Notes under the pieces: model-generated
Seen by the model: the letters and a program-made list of their open reading frames with translations, nothing else
The model's database searches: none
What the model was told of the DNA's origin: nothing
Shown: positions 1 through 12,605 of the stretch, one piece after another
Layout of the letters: each line of letters begins with the position of its first letter
Numbering within the stretch: position 1 is the stretch's first letter
Source: an uncultured Thermoleophilaceae bacterium
Lineage (GTDB): Bacteria; Actinomycetota; Thermoleophilia; Solirubrobacterales; JACPNS01
Reading direction: 5' to 3'
DNA length: 64,000 nt
NCBI GenBank assembly: GCA_964455545.1
Contig: CAYVWQ010000008.1
Coordinates: 5,574 to 69,573, forward strand
Position numbers and translations under genes: made by a program

Positions 1-1
1 C

Positions 2-40
2 CACAACGGTTGCCGCCCGCGTAAGCGTCGCCGTTTGTAG
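2..40 (+). CDS. rpsK: 30S ribosomal protein S11, C-terminal end (truncated by window edge)
   Basis: Frame 2 reads HNGCRPRKRRRL*, the characteristic S11 C-terminus, directly upstream of rpoA. Confidence 0.9.
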   Translation, partial: HNGCRPRKRRRL

Positions 41-148
41 ACCCCCGCTTTATCCAGTCCAGTCCCCGCCGTACCGCAATAACCCCCAGTGCGCCGCTGC
101 ACCTCGTAGACGGCTGCCCACCGACCAAGAAGAAAAGGGCTCTCCTCG

Positions 149-1099
149 ATGCTTGAATTCCAAACGCCCCGCATTTCCGCACAGCAGATCGAAGGCAACC
201 GTGGTGTCTTCACCATTGAGCCACTCGACCGCGGATTCGGTTACACCTTCGGCAGCGCGCTGCGCCGCGTGATGCTCTCCTCGCTGGCCGGCGCCGCCGT
301 CACCAGCCTGCGCATCGAGGGCGTCGCCCACGAGTTCTCGACGATCCAGGGTGTCAAGGAGGACGTGACCGACATCGTCCTCAACCTCAAGACGCTTGTC
401 GCCAAGGTTCACTCGGACGCGACCGAGGTCGAGGCTCCGCTCGTCTTCACCGGCCCCGGTGAGGTCAAGGCCAAGGACATCGACCTGCCGGCCGGCGTCG
501 AAATCCTCAACCCGAACGCCCACCTCGCCACGCTCGAGAAGAAGTCGAAGCTCGAGATGTACCTGACGATCGGCCGTGGCCGCGGTTACGCGCCCGCCGA
601 CGAGAACAAGACCGCCGACCAGCCGATCGGCGTCATTCCGATCGACTCGATCTTCTCGCCGGTCAAGCGCGTCAGCTACAGCGTCGAGGGCGCTCGCGTC
701 GGTCAGCGCACCGACTACGACAAGCTCACGATCGAGGTCGAGACCGACGGCAGCGTCGAGCCCGACGCGGCTCTGCGCGAGGCCTCCGAGATTCTGATCA
801 AGACGCTCGCGATCTTCACCGACGAAATGACCGTCGCGGCGCTCCGCGGCGAGCTCGAAGAGGCCGAGGACATCGGCGGCGGTCTGCCCGAGGCCGGCGG
901 CCCCGACGACATCCTGATCGAGGCGCTCGACCTCGGCGTCCGGTCGTACAACTGCCTCACGCGCGGCGGCATCCAGACCGTCGGTCAGCTGCTCGAGCGC
1001 AGCGAGGCCGAGCTGGCGGCGATCCCGAACTTCGGCCGCAAGTCGATCCAGGAAGTCGTCGATGTCCTGGCCGACCGCGGACTCGCGCTCAAAGGCTGA
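149..1099 (+). CDS. rpoA: RNA polymerase alpha subunit
   Basis: EPLDRGFGYTFGSALRRVMLSSL, GARVGQRTDYDKL and the alpha-CTD motif LGVRSYNCL...NFGRKS. Confidence 0.99.
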   Translation: MLEFQTPRISAQQIEGNRGVFTIEPLDRGFGYTFGSALRRVMLSSLAGAAVTSLRIEGVAHEFSTIQGVKEDVTDIVLNLKTLVAKVHSDATEVEAPLVFTGPGEVKAKDIDLPAGVEILNPNAHLATLEKKSKLEMYLTIGRGRGYAPADENKTADQPIGVIPIDSIFSPVKRVSYSVEGARVGQRTDYDKLTIEVETDGSVEPDAALREASEILIKTLAIFTDEMTVAALRGELEEAEDIGGGLPEAGGPDDILIEALDLGVRSYNCLTRGGIQTVGQLLERSEAELAAIPNFGRKSIQEVVDVLADRGLALKG

Positions 1100-1139
1100 T
1101 CAACAGAGCGGCTAGTCAACTACCTTTCCTACCTGCATC

Positions 1140-1493
1140 ATGCGCCACAACAAGAAACGCAACAAGCTCTCGCGCGACAGCGCGCACCGCAAGGCTCTCT
1201 TCGCGAACCTGATCAAGGAGACCATCGACCACGAGCGGATCAAGACCACCGAGGCCAAGGCCAAGGCAGTCAAGCCCGAGCTCGAGAAGATGATCACCCT
1301 CGCGAAGCAGGGCGACCTGCACGCGCGCCGTCAGGCGCTCGCGGCGCTGAACAACGACAAGTTCATCGTCCACAAGTTGTTCGAAGAGGTCGCTCCGCGC
1401 TACGCGGACCGTCCCGGTGGCTACACCCGCATTCTCAAGCTCGGTCCGCGTCGCAGCGACTCGACCGAGATGGTTTACCTCGAGCTCGTCTAG
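1140..1493 (+). CDS. rplQ: 50S ribosomal protein L17
   Basis: MRH...KLSRDSAHRKALFANL...RIKTTEAKAK...RPGGYTRILK; follows rpoA. Confidence 0.99.
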   Translation: MRHNKKRNKLSRDSAHRKALFANLIKETIDHERIKTTEAKAKAVKPELEKMITLAKQGDLHARRQALAALNNDKFIVHKLFEEVAPRYADRPGGYTRILKLGPRRSDSTEMVYLELV

Positions 1494-1505
1494 CTCTCGT
1501 CGCCG

Positions 1506-2246
1506 ATGGCGGCGAAGCTGACGATCGAGTACGACGGGACCCACTTCAAGGGTTGGGCGAAGCAGCCCGGCCATCGCACGGTCCAGGACGAGCTGGAGCG
1601 CGCGCTCGCAACTGTCCGGCGTGAACCGACGAAGCTGAACGTCGCCGGTCGCACCGACGCCGGCGTTCACGCTTGGGGCCAGGTCGCGTCGCACCCCGGC
1701 GAGCCGGCAGATGCCCGTTCGCTCAACGCCGTCCTGCCCGACGACGTATCGGTGCTCGCCAGCGAGGAAGCGCCTGACGACTTCGATGCCCGCTCGGACG
1801 CCACGAGCCGCACCTACTGCTACCGGATCTGGAACCGCCGCGAGCGGCCTGCGCTCCTGCGCGAGAAGGTTCTGTGGGACTCGCACAAGCTGGATGGGGC
1901 GCTGCTCGATGACTGCGCGCGACTGCTGCTCGGCGTGCACGACTTCGAAGCCTTCACGCTCAGCCAGCAGCCGTACGAGCATTACCGCAGGAACATCCTG
2001 CGCGCCGAGTGGATCCGCCGCGAGCGGCTGATCGAGTTCTGGATCGAGGGCGAGACGTTCACGCGCCGGATGGTGCGCGGGCTTGTCGGATTCCAGCTCG
2101 ACGTCGCCCGCGGCGCGCGCGAGATCACCGACTTCGCGCGGCTGCTCGAGGGTGCTCCCCGCGCCGAAGGCGGCAAGACCGCGCCGGCCCACGGCCTGTA
2201 CCTGGCGTCTGTCCGATTCGGACCCGCCGAAGCGGTCGTTTCGTAG
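1506..2246 (+). CDS. truA: tRNA pseudouridine(38-40) synthase
   Basis: YDGTHFKGWAKQ, AGRTDAGVHAWGQV, TFTRRMVR and TAPAHGLYL motifs. Confidence 0.97.
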   Translation: MAAKLTIEYDGTHFKGWAKQPGHRTVQDELERALATVRREPTKLNVAGRTDAGVHAWGQVASHPGEPADARSLNAVLPDDVSVLASEEAPDDFDARSDATSRTYCYRIWNRRERPALLREKVLWDSHKLDGALLDDCARLLLGVHDFEAFTLSQQPYEHYRRNILRAEWIRRERLIEFWIEGETFTRRMVRGLVGFQLDVARGAREITDFARLLEGAPRAEGGKTAPAHGLYLASVRFGPAEAVVS

Positions 2247-2257
2247 GATCACCTTCG

Positions 2258-3094
2258 ATGAAGGTTCTGCTGACAAACGACGACGGCATCCAGGCTTCGG
2301 GTTTGCATGCATTCAGGCGCGCGCTGCTCGAGATCGCGGATGTCGAGCTCGCTGTGATCGCCCCCGACTCGAACCGCAGCGCGATCGGACGCGGCATCAC
2401 GACGCGCGATCCGCTCTACGCCGAGAAGGTCGAGTTCGGAGACGGCACGTACGGTTTTCAGACCGACGGCACGCCCGTCGACTGCGTGCGCTTCGCGATG
2501 CTCGGGTTGCTCGACTGGACGCCGGAGCTGATCGTCTCGGGCATCAACCACGGCGCCAACCTCGGCGACGACATCACCTACAGCGGCACGGTTGCAGCAG
2601 CCTTCGAGGGCGTGATCCTCGGGATCCCCGCGATCGCCGTGAGCCAGCAGGCGCGCAGGGGAAAAATGGGCTGGAGCTTCGGCGAGGAGATGGACTTCGC
2701 GAACGCCGCTTCATTCGCGGCCGGCCTGGTCGCCAACTTCGACGACTTGCCGCTGACGGAGGGCACGTTGCTCAACGTCAACGTCCCGGCCGGACCGATC
2801 GACGGTGCGCGGCTCTGCACACTCGGCAAGCGCATCTACAAGGACCGTCTCGAGCTCCAGAGCGAGGAGGGCGCGCGGAAGCGTTACCGGATCTACGGCG
2901 ATGACCCGTCCTACGTCGACGAGGACGGAACCGACTTCGAGGCGATCGCCGAGCACGCGATCGCCGTCACGCCGGTCCACTTTGATCTGACGAGCCACAC
3001 CGGCCTCGGCGCGCTCAGTGATTTCGACCTGGGCGCACTGGTGCCGGACGAGGCGTCCGAGACGCCGCCGGCCGAAGCAACCCTGCTCGACTGA
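2258..3094 (+). CDS. surE: 5'/3'-nucleotidase SurE
   Basis: MKVLLTNDDGI start at 2258 (inside ORF 2009..3094), DGTPVDCV, SGINHGANLG, YSGTVAAA. Confidence 0.97.
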   Translation: MKVLLTNDDGIQASGLHAFRRALLEIADVELAVIAPDSNRSAIGRGITTRDPLYAEKVEFGDGTYGFQTDGTPVDCVRFAMLGLLDWTPELIVSGINHGANLGDDITYSGTVAAAFEGVILGIPAIAVSQQARRGKMGWSFGEEMDFANAASFAAGLVANFDDLPLTEGTLLNVNVPAGPIDGARLCTLGKRIYKDRLELQSEEGARKRYRIYGDDPSYVDEDGTDFEAIAEHAIAVTPVHFDLTSHTGLGALSDFDLGALVPDEASETPPAEATLLD

Positions 3095-3107
3095 GGCATC
3101 TCCGCGC

Positions 3108-3650
3108 GTGGCTCTCGAGACGCACGGACGCTGGCCGCTCGTCGGCGCCGCGGCACTCGTACCGGCCACGGCTCTCGCGGCGAACGAGCCGCGCATGCGA
3201 CCTCTGGCGGCGTTGCTCTGGCACCAGACCGAGGAGTGGGTCTGGCCGGGCGGGTTCCTGCCGTGGATCAACCAGGAGGTGCTCGGCGGTGACGAGGAGT
3301 TCCCGATCGACCGCCGCACCGGCTTCGCGATCAACGTGCTGTTCGGGTGGGGCTTCAGTGCGGCGACGTTCGCGGGTTCGCGCGGCGCCGTGCCGCTGAC
3401 GGCGCTCTACGTCAGCCATATCGGCAATGCCGGGCTGCACGTCGGATGGGCGGTCAAGCACCGCCGGCGCGATCCCGGCGTCGTGACCGCGGTGGCGACG
3501 CTATTGCCGGTCGCTGTCACGGGCCTGCGTGAACTCGCCAAGGATCCGCGGGTGAAGCGTTCGGAGATGGCGGTCGGCGCAGCGCTGGGTGTGGCGATCG
3601 GGGCGGGGATGATGCCGTTGTTGAAGCTGCGGCTGCGACGGCGTTCCTGA
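3108..3650 (+). CDS. HXXEE-domain membrane protein
   Basis: HQTEEWVWPGGF motif with hydrophobic segments; GTG start at 3108 chosen to avoid overlap with surE. Confidence 0.8.
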   Translation: MALETHGRWPLVGAAALVPATALAANEPRMRPLAALLWHQTEEWVWPGGFLPWINQEVLGGDEEFPIDRRTGFAINVLFGWGFSAATFAGSRGAVPLTALYVSHIGNAGLHVGWAVKHRRRDPGVVTAVATLLPVAVTGLRELAKDPRVKRSEMAVGAALGVAIGAGMMPLLKLRLRRRS

Positions 3651-3669
3651 GTATGACCGACGGTATACT
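3650..3669 (+). promoter_or_regulatory. Near-palindrome AGTATGACCGACGGTATACT containing a -10 TATACT 6 nt before the antitoxin ATG (leaderless promoter / TA operator)
   Basis: AGTAT...ATACT and ACCG..CGGT inverted arms; TATACT at 3664-3669, ATG at 3676. Confidence 0.55.
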
Positions 3670-3675
3670 GATGGT

Positions 3676-3960
3676 ATGCCGAAGACGAAGAGCGCTCATT
3701 TCCACACGACGATCAAGGTCACCTCGGATCTGCGCGACCGGCTGAAGACACTTGCGGAGGCCGAAGGACGCACGCTCGGCGGAGAGATCGAGCACCTTGT
3801 CGAGCTGGCTGAGCGACACGCGCGGATGGATCTCCTGGCGGCTCAGGTTGCGGCAACGTCGGAGGAAGACATGGCCGCGTACAGGGAGGAAATCAAGTTC
3901 TGGGACGCGGTCAGCGCCGACTGGCCGCATGACGCCGAATGGCAGGAAAGCGATGACTGA
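3676..3960 (+). CDS. Putative antitoxin (ribbon-helix-helix-like)
   Basis: 94 aa; TTIKVTSDLRDRLKTLA N-terminus, acidic C-terminus; overlaps the downstream toxin start by 8 nt. Confidence 0.75.
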   Translation: MPKTKSAHFHTTIKVTSDLRDRLKTLAEAEGRTLGGEIEHLVELAERHARMDLLAAQVAATSEEDMAAYREEIKFWDAVSADWPHDAEWQESDD

Positions 3961-4288
3961 TCTCGCGCCGGGGGACATCTTCTGGATGCTGCCGGACCCA
4001 ACCGTCGGCCGTGAGCAACGCGGCGGCAGGCCGGGGCTGGTCATCTCGGCTCACCGGTACCTCGAAAGCTTCCCCGAGCTCGCGATCATTGTTCCTTTGA
4101 CCGGGACTGAGAAGTCTTGGATTTCCCACGTCGCAGTCGAAGGCGAAGGTCTCGACGGAAAGTCGTGGGCGATGACCGAGCAGGTCCGTTCGATCTCGAA
4201 GCGGCGGATTCGGGCACGGATCGGTCGCGCCGATCACGACACCCTCGAAGAGTGTCGCCGGTGGGTGAAGGACTTCCTCGAGCTCTGA
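3953..4288 (+). CDS. PemK/MazF-family toxin (mRNA interferase)
   Basis: GDIFWMLPDPTVGREQRGGRPGLVIS...VPLT...AMTEQVRSISKRR; ATG at 3953. Confidence 0.9.
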   Translation: MTDLAPGDIFWMLPDPTVGREQRGGRPGLVISAHRYLESFPELAIIVPLTGTEKSWISHVAVEGEGLDGKSWAMTEQVRSISKRRIRARIGRADHDTLEECRRWVKDFLEL

Positions 4289-4306
4289 GCTTTTCGGACG
4301 GAAGGC

Positions 4307-5662
4307 TCAGCCGGCGGCCGGCCGGTACATCCAGATGCTGGTCGTGAACTTGTACCAGTTCGTGTACACGCCGCACATCATCACGACGGTGCCGACCGCA
4401 GCGCCGCGCACGCCCGAAGGTCGGTAGCAGTTCTGGTCAGAGGGGCTGTTGCGCGTGACGGTCCAGCCGCCGTCCACGTCCTCCTCGGTCTGCAGCGACC
4501 AGGTCTCGACGACCATCTTGCGCTCGGCGCCGACGGCGCGCGAGATGTAAACCTTTGACGGGTCTTTGTGGTCGAGCCCCGCGCCGGCGGTCGCGTAGTA
4601 GCCGTAGCTGGTGGGCGACTCGATCGGGTTGTTGTAACCCATGTTGACCATGCGGGTGCGCTGCCAACGGCCGTTCTGGAAGCGGGCGTACCAATAGGTC
4701 ATCTCGTGGCCACGGTTGCCGACGGCATAGACCATCACCGGGCGGCCGCGCGAGTCTTCGGCGACGTCCATGATCCAGCTACGCCCGTAGGTCGTGTTGA
4801 CCTGCACCATGTCGCCGGTGCGCGCCGAAAGCGGTCCGGAACCACGCTTGACGAGGCGGCCGCTCGCCTTGTAAAAGCCCTTGCCCGGCTTGACGCGGAT
4901 GAAGTACTGGTTGGTGTTGGTCTGCGCCGGGTTGTTCTCGTTGTAACCGACGAGGATCGAGCCGTCCTTGCCCTTCGCGTACTTGGCGTACGGGCGCGGC
5001 TTGCCGCGGGTGCCGGGGTTGTAGATCAGCGTCCGGGCGCGCTGCCACCGGTTGCCGCGCAGGATCGAGTAGGTCGGCTGCCAGTTGCCGCCGCGCCAGG
5101 CGACCCAGATGCGGTTGCCGGAGAGCTCGACGGGGTTCGGGTAGGTGAATCCGAGCCCGCCGGGGGTGTTGCTGGAGACACGGCGGATGCCCGTCCACTT
5201 CGAGATGTCACCGGCGCGCGTGGTGATCCGGTAGTACAGCTGCGGCGGCTTCGAGCTGCGCTGGACGCGGCCGGAGTGCGGCGAGTAGAAGGCGACGATG
5301 TGGCCGTCGGGGCGCACAACGATCGACGGGTTGTTGTGGTCGTCGAGCGCGCCCAGGCGCGGGCCGAGCCGCACCGAGGTGGTCGCGCCCGTCTTCTCGT
5401 CGATCTGCGCGATCGCAGTGAGCGAGGTACGGGTGGTCCAGCCGGTGTAGATCTTGCCGTCGGCCGCCACCGCGCGTGGGTCGCCGAAGAAAGACCAGCC
5501 GCCATCGTCGGTCAGACGCGTCGCAATCTTCGAGGCCGAGGTTTCGACGTCAGCAGCTCGTGCGCCGGGGACAGAGGCGAGCAGCATCAGCGTGCAGAGC
5601 ACTGCTCCGACGGCCATGGGGACCCATCGGCTGGGCGTGGCTTTTCTGAGTGTCGAGGTCAC
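4307..5662 (-). CDS. Secreted BNR-4 repeat (beta-propeller) protein
   Basis: Signal peptide; GWSFFGDPRA, DDHNNPS, GFTYPNP, RPYAKY and WIMDVAED motifs. Confidence 0.7.
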   Translation of the reverse strand: MTSTLRKATPSRWVPMAVGAVLCTLMLLASVPGARAADVETSASKIATRLTDDGGWSFFGDPRAVAADGKIYTGWTTRTSLTAIAQIDEKTGATTSVRLGPRLGALDDHNNPSIVVRPDGHIVAFYSPHSGRVQRSSKPPQLYYRITTRAGDISKWTGIRRVSSNTPGGLGFTYPNPVELSGNRIWVAWRGGNWQPTYSILRGNRWQRARTLIYNPGTRGKPRPYAKYAKGKDGSILVGYNENNPAQTNTNQYFIRVKPGKGFYKASGRLVKRGSGPLSARTGDMVQVNTTYGRSWIMDVAEDSRGRPVMVYAVGNRGHEMTYWYARFQNGRWQRTRMVNMGYNNPIESPTSYGYYATAGAGLDHKDPSKVYISRAVGAERKMVVETWSLQTEEDVDGGWTVTRNSPSDQNCYRPSGVRGAAVGTVVMMCGVYTNWYKFTTSIWMYRPAAG

Positions 5663-5756
5663 CGGGTGAAGTGGGGGCAGAAGCCGAGAAAAAGGGCCTC
5701 TGACGGATAAACCCGTCTGGCGAGTATAGGTTGCGGCGTGGGCGCCGCCGCCGCGC

Positions 5757-7073
5757 TCACGGGGTCGTACTGAGGAACACCGAAGTCGTGAAATTGCGCC
5801 AGTCGCGGTAGTAGCCGCACATCATCACGGCGTTTCCGGGGGCCGAACCGCGCACGTCCCCGGGCCGGAAACAGTTGCCGCCGCGCGGGCTGAGGCGGCT
5901 GACCTTCCAGCGCGAGCGGAACTTCTCGCCGTTTGCCATCGACCACATCTCGACGTGCATGCGGTGCTTTGCGCCCTCGACGCGCGACACGTAGATGCTG
6001 CTCGGGTCGTCGTGGTCGAGCGCGCCTCCGCCGGTCGGGTAGTGGCCCATCAACTTGGGGTGGTGCCAGCCGCCGGTCACGTAGCCGGAGCTGACGATCT
6101 TGCGGCGCAGCCAGCGGCCGTCCTGGTAGCGGGCGACCCAGAAGACGGTCGGCTCGGTGCGCTGGTTGCCTGCTGTGTACAGCACCACGGGGCGGCCCTT
6201 CGCGTCTTCAGCGACGTCCATGACCCAGGTGTTTCCATGCGCGCGCCAGCTCTGAACGACGTCGGTCTTCCACGTCGGGACGGCCGAGAAGGCGCCGGCC
6301 AGTTTCTTGCCCGAGGCGCTGTAATAGCCGTGTCCGGGGCGGTAGCGGACGAAGTAGAGGCTCGTGCGGATCTTGCTCGGGTGATCCGCGTTGTAGGCGA
6401 TCAGCACGCTGTTCTTTGAGCCCTTGGCGAACTTTGCGTAAGGGCGCGAGGGCGGAAACTTGCCGTCGCCCTTGATGTGCGTGACCGAGCGGGCCTTGCT
6501 CCAGCGGTTGTTCGACAGGTCACCGATCGAGAACGTCGGCATCCAGTTGCCGCCGCGCCAGGCGAGGAAGATCTTGCCGTTGCTGAGCTGCACGGGGTTC
6601 GGGTAGGTGAAGCCGAGCCCGCCGGCGGTGTTGGTCGGAATCTCGCGGACCTTGCCCCAGTTGTCGATGTCGCCGGGCTTCGTTGTGGTCGTGTAGTAGA
6701 TATGCGGCGTTTCGGCGAGCGGAAGCTTCGTGCCCGAGTGTGGCGAGTAGAAGGCCGTGATGCGCCCGTCCGGGTTCAGGTACAGCGACGGGTTGTTGTG
6801 GTCGTCGAGCGTGCCGAGGTTGGGTTTGAGAGCTTTCATCCGCACGTTCTTCGAGCCGTCGGCGATCGAGGCCACGACGACGTTGCTCCGATTCGTGGTC
6901 CATCCGACGTAGGTCTTGCCGTCGTGGTGGAAGGCGCGGGGGTCGCCGAAAAAGGACCACGCCCCGTTGGTGGTGAGCTTGTATGACGTGTAGTACGCCG
7001 ACGCAGTGCCCTGAAGGGCCACAAGACACGTGGTGGCCACCAGGGCCGCGATTAAGAGATTGCGCGCACGCAT
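5757..7073 (-). CDS. Secreted BNR-4 repeat protein, paralogue of 4307..5662
   Basis: Signal peptide; the same motifs in the same order (AWSFFGDPRA, DDHNNPS, GLGFTYPNPV, RPYAKF, WVMDVAED). Confidence 0.7.
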   Translation of the reverse strand: MRARNLLIAALVATTCLVALQGTASAYYTSYKLTTNGAWSFFGDPRAFHHDGKTYVGWTTNRSNVVVASIADGSKNVRMKALKPNLGTLDDHNNPSLYLNPDGRITAFYSPHSGTKLPLAETPHIYYTTTTKPGDIDNWGKVREIPTNTAGGLGFTYPNPVQLSNGKIFLAWRGGNWMPTFSIGDLSNNRWSKARSVTHIKGDGKFPPSRPYAKFAKGSKNSVLIAYNADHPSKIRTSLYFVRYRPGHGYYSASGKKLAGAFSAVPTWKTDVVQSWRAHGNTWVMDVAEDAKGRPVVLYTAGNQRTEPTVFWVARYQDGRWLRRKIVSSGYVTGGWHHPKLMGHYPTGGGALDHDDPSSIYVSRVEGAKHRMHVEMWSMANGEKFRSRWKVSRLSPRGGNCFRPGDVRGSAPGNAVMMCGYYRDWRNFTTSVFLSTTP

Positions 7074-7147
7074 GTGAGTTCGAACACGATAGGTGGGTCA
7101 TCGGATCGCCTGCGCAGCGCGTCGGATGGGAACGTCAGACTGTGTGA

Positions 7148-10419
<3,272 letters not shown>

Positions 10420-10476
10420 CGGTTGCATGTACCAACACACATTCGCCGCGAGGGGAGCGGCTCCCCCGCGAGACAA

Positions 10477-10523
10477 AAATGGCCGGCCGCCCCACCGGGT
10501 GATCGCGGGGCGGCCGGCCATTT
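10477..10523 (-). terminator. Intrinsic terminator downstream of the acyl-CoA ligase gene
   Basis: 17-bp perfect inverted repeat aaatggccggccgcccc / ggggcggccggccattt with a T-run on the minus strand. Confidence 0.8.
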
Positions 10524-10568
10524 CTCATGCGCCGCCGCTGTACCGGAGCGGCAGAGCAGGCTCAGTGA

Positions 10569-12440
10569 TCAGCTTTCGTACATCCCGTCGTAGATCGCGG
10601 CGTACTTCTCGTGGACGACATTTCGCTTGACCTTCATTGAAGGCGTCAGCTCGCCGGTGTCGATCGTCAGGTCGTGGTCGAGGATGCGGAACTTCTTGAC
10701 CTGCTCGACCTGGGCGAACTTCTCGTTGACCATGTCGACCACGTCCTGGATCAGCGCGATCACGGCCTCGTTGTCGTGCAGTGAGGTCGCCTCATCCAGA
10801 CCGACCTCGGCGCGCAGCGCGGCGGCCTCCTCCGGGTCGAGCGTGATGATCGCCGTCGGGTAGGGGCGACGGTCGCCGTACATCACCGCCTGCGAGACCC
10901 AGCGACTCTGCTTCATCGCGTTCTCCCAGTTGGCCGGCGTGAGGTTCTTGCCGCCGGCCGTGATGATGATGTCCTTCTTGCGGCCGTTGATGAAGATGAA
11001 GCCGTCCTCGTCGATGTACCCGAGGTCGCCGGTGTGCAGCCAGCCGTCGGCGTCGATCGTTTCGGCCGTCGCCTCCGGGTCCTTGTAGTAGCCCTGGAAA
11101 ATGTTCTTGCCCGAGACGAGGATCTCGCCGTCGTCGGCGATTCGAACGCTGACACCGCTGACCGGCCGGCCGATCGAACCGAAGCGGTGGCCGTTGACGC
11201 CGTTGTTGGCGCTCGTGAGGGTCGAGGTCTCGGTCATGCCGTAGCCCTCGTACACCGGGATACCGCATGCGTAGAAGAACTCGAGGATCTCCTTGGCGAT
11301 CGGCGCCGCGCCGGTGACCGCACGCTTCAGGCGTCCGCCGAAGAGCTGGCGGACCGTGTTGTAGACAGGCTCGTCGGCCTCGTCGAAGACCGCTTGAAGC
11401 TCGGCCGGGACGTCGAGGCCCTGGTCCTGCAGTGCGCGGACCTCAAAACCGACCTCGATCGCCTTGTTGAAGAACTCGCGCTCTTCGTCTGATTTCGAGG
11501 CGGCAACCGTGTTGGCGAGCGCGTAGATCTTCTCGAAGATGCGCGGGACGGACGGGAGACTGTGCGGCTTGACCTCGATCAGGTCGGGGACGATCAGCTG
11601 CGGGTCTCCGCGCCAGTAGGCAAGCGTCCCGCCGACGTCGAGGATCACGAACTGCGTCAACCGGGCGAAAACGTGGGCGAGCGGCAGGAACAGGTAACAG
11701 GTCTCGGACTCGATGCTGTCCGCCGACGCGATCGTGGCCGTCCCCATGGTCGTGGTGTTGCGGAAGTTCTCGTGGGTGATCATGCACCCCTTCGGCGGGC
11801 CGGTGGTGCCGGACGTGTAGACGATCGTGCAGAGGTCTTCCGGCTTGATCGCGGCGACGCGTTCGTCGTAGGTCGCGTCGCTGACGGTCTCGCCCTGGCT
11901 CTTCAGTTCGCTCAGCGTGATCGCGCCGTCGAGGTCGTCCGTGTCGGGGTCGATCACGACGATGAGCTCCAGCGACAACAGCTGGGCGCGGATCGTCCCG
12001 ATCTTCGCGAGCTGGGCGCCGTTCTCGACGAACAGGACCTTCGCGTCCGCGTGGTTGATGACGTACTCGCACTCCTCGGCCGAGTTGGTCGGGTAGACCG
12101 GCGCCACAACGGCGCCGGCGGCCAGCGCGCCGAAGTCGCAGAAGCTCCACTCGGGGCGGGTGTTGGCGAGAATCGCGACAAAGTCGCCGGCCTCGACGCC
12201 GTTCGCGATCAGGCCCTTGGCTATCGACTTGACCGTCTCGCCGAGTTCTGCGTAGCTGATCGAGTGCCACTCATCGCCGGCGTGGTACTGCACGGCGGTG
12301 CGGTTGGCGTGCTTCTCGGCGGCAAGCGTGAGCAGCTGCGCCATCGTGGTCGAACCGGTCGACTGCGGGTGTGGCGGGGCCTCTGGAGACGAGTACTCGC
12401 GCAGGGTCGCTGGATTGGTCGGATCCGTCGTCAACTCCAT
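10569..12440 (-). CDS. fadD: Long-chain fatty acid-CoA ligase
   Basis: IVYTSGTTGPPKG, YEGYGMTET, GWLHTGDLG, GELTPSMKVKR; the start could be at 12344 instead. Confidence 0.93.
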   Translation of the reverse strand: MELTTDPTNPATLREYSSPEAPPHPQSTGSTTMAQLLTLAAEKHANRTAVQYHAGDEWHSISYAELGETVKSIAKGLIANGVEAGDFVAILANTRPEWSFCDFGALAAGAVVAPVYPTNSAEECEYVINHADAKVLFVENGAQLAKIGTIRAQLLSLELIVVIDPDTDDLDGAITLSELKSQGETVSDATYDERVAAIKPEDLCTIVYTSGTTGPPKGCMITHENFRNTTTMGTATIASADSIESETCYLFLPLAHVFARLTQFVILDVGGTLAYWRGDPQLIVPDLIEVKPHSLPSVPRIFEKIYALANTVAASKSDEEREFFNKAIEVGFEVRALQDQGLDVPAELQAVFDEADEPVYNTVRQLFGGRLKRAVTGAAPIAKEILEFFYACGIPVYEGYGMTETSTLTSANNGVNGHRFGSIGRPVSGVSVRIADDGEILVSGKNIFQGYYKDPEATAETIDADGWLHTGDLGYIDEDGFIFINGRKKDIIITAGGKNLTPANWENAMKQSRWVSQAVMYGDRRPYPTAIITLDPEEAAALRAEVGLDEATSLHDNEAVIALIQDVVDMVNEKFAQVEQVKKFRILDHDLTIDTGELTPSMKVKRNVVHEKYAAIYDGMYES

Positions 12441-12580
12441 CGGTGTCTACTCCCGTTCGGAGGCCCGCAGGCCGAAGCGGGTCCCCAGTTTTGATCAGTT
12501 CAGAGACTTGTAGTCCCCCAGATGGGCCGATAGTAACTGACTGGTTCAGCAGAGGCGGCGGCTCGGAAACCCGCGCCTGG

Positions 12581-12598
12581 AGTGACTTTCCGGTTACT
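12581..12598. promoter_or_regulatory. Imperfect palindrome AGTGAC-N6-GTTACT upstream of fadD (candidate operator)
   Basis: Inverted half-sites; a related AGTAAC half-site at 12532 overlaps a minus-strand TACTAT -10 candidate. Confidence 0.35.
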
Positions 12599-12605
12599 TA
12601 CGTCC

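Noticed and set aside
12526-12533. Sigma-28 -10 (GCCGATAG) on the plus strand
   Set aside because: No matching -35 and no plus-strand gene downstream
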